A stretch of 5,863 nucleotides of DNA from an uncultured Erysipelotrichaceae bacterium (lineage in GTDB: Bacteria; Bacillota_I; Bacilli_A; Erysipelotrichales; Erysipelotrichaceae): the NCBI GenBank assembly GCA_964457525.1, contig CAYWGS010000096.1, positions 1 through 5,863 on the forward strand. Reading direction: 5' to 3'. The first letter of the stretch is position 1, and every line of letters starts with the position of its first letter. The notes beneath the pieces were generated by a model that worked only from the letters and a program-made list of their open reading frames with translations, did no database searches and was not told where the DNA came from. A program made the position numbers and the translations under genes. This document shows, in pieces, positions 5,370 through 5,863 of this stretch.

Positions 5370-5839
5370 TAGTAAATCTTCCCAACATATTTTGCTTTAG
5401 GATAAACCGACTGTAAGCTTTCCCATTGAATCAAGAATTCATCCACAATAGGATAAACAAGTTTACCCGCTAAATTCCCATGATAAACATTTGCGAACGT
5501 CTCAATATAGATAATCTTAGCGCCAAATAACTTCCCAATATAGCAAATCGGTACAGCAGTATGTGTTCCAGTAGATACAATGACTTGAGGTCTAAATCGT
5601 ATCGCATAGTAAAGTGAAATAAGAATGTTAAAGGCAAACTTAAAGAGATACGAAAAAAGATGTTCCTTCGAACCAAATAAAAGATAATGTACACGACTAG
5701 GGTATTTATCTTTCAAATGTTTTGTACTTGGACCACCCTCCGTAATAATTTGGTAATCATAATACTGAAATAATTCATTCAATCGTAATAGTTCATTCAA
5801 ATGACCGCCTGTAGAGGCTACAAATAGTACACGTTTCAT
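5369..5839 (-). CDS. Alg14-like glycosyltransferase accessory/membrane subunit (PssD/Cps14F/EpsE type), 156 aa
   Basis: MKRVLFVASTGGHLNELLRL N-terminus, a central hydrophobic segment (LFSYLFKFAFNILISLYYAI) and VSTGTHTAVPICYIGKLFGAKIIYIETFANV. These are typical of the N-terminal half of a MurG-like fold encoded separately. Confidence 0.85.
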   Translation of the reverse strand: MKRVLFVASTGGHLNELLRLNELFQYYDYQIITEGGPSTKHLKDKYPSRVHYLLFGSKEHLFSYLFKFAFNILISLYYAIRFRPQVIVSTGTHTAVPICYIGKLFGAKIIYIETFANVYHGNLAGKLVYPIVDEFLIQWESLQSVYPKAKYVGKIY

Positions 5840-5845
5840 ATCCTT

Positions 5846-5851
5846 ATTATA
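5846..5851 (-). promoter_or_regulatory. Candidate -10 (TATAAT) only 6 nt upstream of the Alg14-like ATG
   Basis: Minus strand reads GTTTTTATTTAG-TATAAT-AAGGAT-ATG. Any -35 would lie beyond the window edge. The AAGGA is only 1 nt from the ATG, too close for a normal SD. Confidence 0.3.
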
Positions 5852-5863
5852 CTAAATAAAAAC

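Noticed and set aside
5470-5694. 74-aa minus-strand ORF in an alternative frame
   Set aside because: It is fully nested in the Alg14-like gene in a different frame. It has no SD, and the hydrophobic, low-complexity translation looks like an off-frame artefact.
1-5863. Search for CRISPR arrays, IS elements, terminal inverted repeats, tRNA/rRNA or riboswitch-sized leaders
   Set aside because: Intergenic regions are all 102 nt or shorter except the left edge (139 nt). No repeat-spacer periodicity, transposase or integrase ORF, or cloverleaf-like sequence was seen.

Overview
AT-rich window (roughly one-third G+C by eye, not computed) with Firmicutes-style Shine-Dalgarno sites and sigma-A-like promoters. 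All eight credible genes lie on the minus strand, so transcription runs right to left. In that order:

1. A three-gene, translationally coupled glycosyltransferase operon: an Alg14-like (PssD/Cps14F-type) subunit at 5839-5369, a GT4 glycosyltransferase at 5369-4206, and an Alg13-like (PssE/Cps14G-type) subunit at 4209-3730.
2. A monocistronic 86-aa XRE-type HTH regulator (3627-3367) that ends in a clean intrinsic terminator.
3. A tightly packed operon with its own extended -10 promoter. It encodes a 74-aa two-TM miniprotein, a stand-alone DUF2156 protein (the soluble synthase domain of MprF-type aminoacyl-lipid synthases) and an Eis-family GNAT acetyltransferase that stops where the usual C-terminal SCP2-like domain should begin.
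4. Glycolytic gap (GAPDH), with a consensus TTGACT-17-TATAAT promoter, a Rex/Fnr-type palindrome abutting its -35, and a strong terminator.

A possible further minus-strand gene starts at 61 and runs off the left edge.

I see no rRNA, tRNA, CRISPR array, transposase, integrase or long repeat.

The best candidate for something undescribed is the miniprotein / DUF2156 / Eis-like operon sitting next to an XRE regulator and a glycan-building operon. Its proposed function, aminoacyl transfer plus N-acetylation on an envelope acceptor, is inference only. All protein-family calls come from motif recognition by eye, not from database searches.
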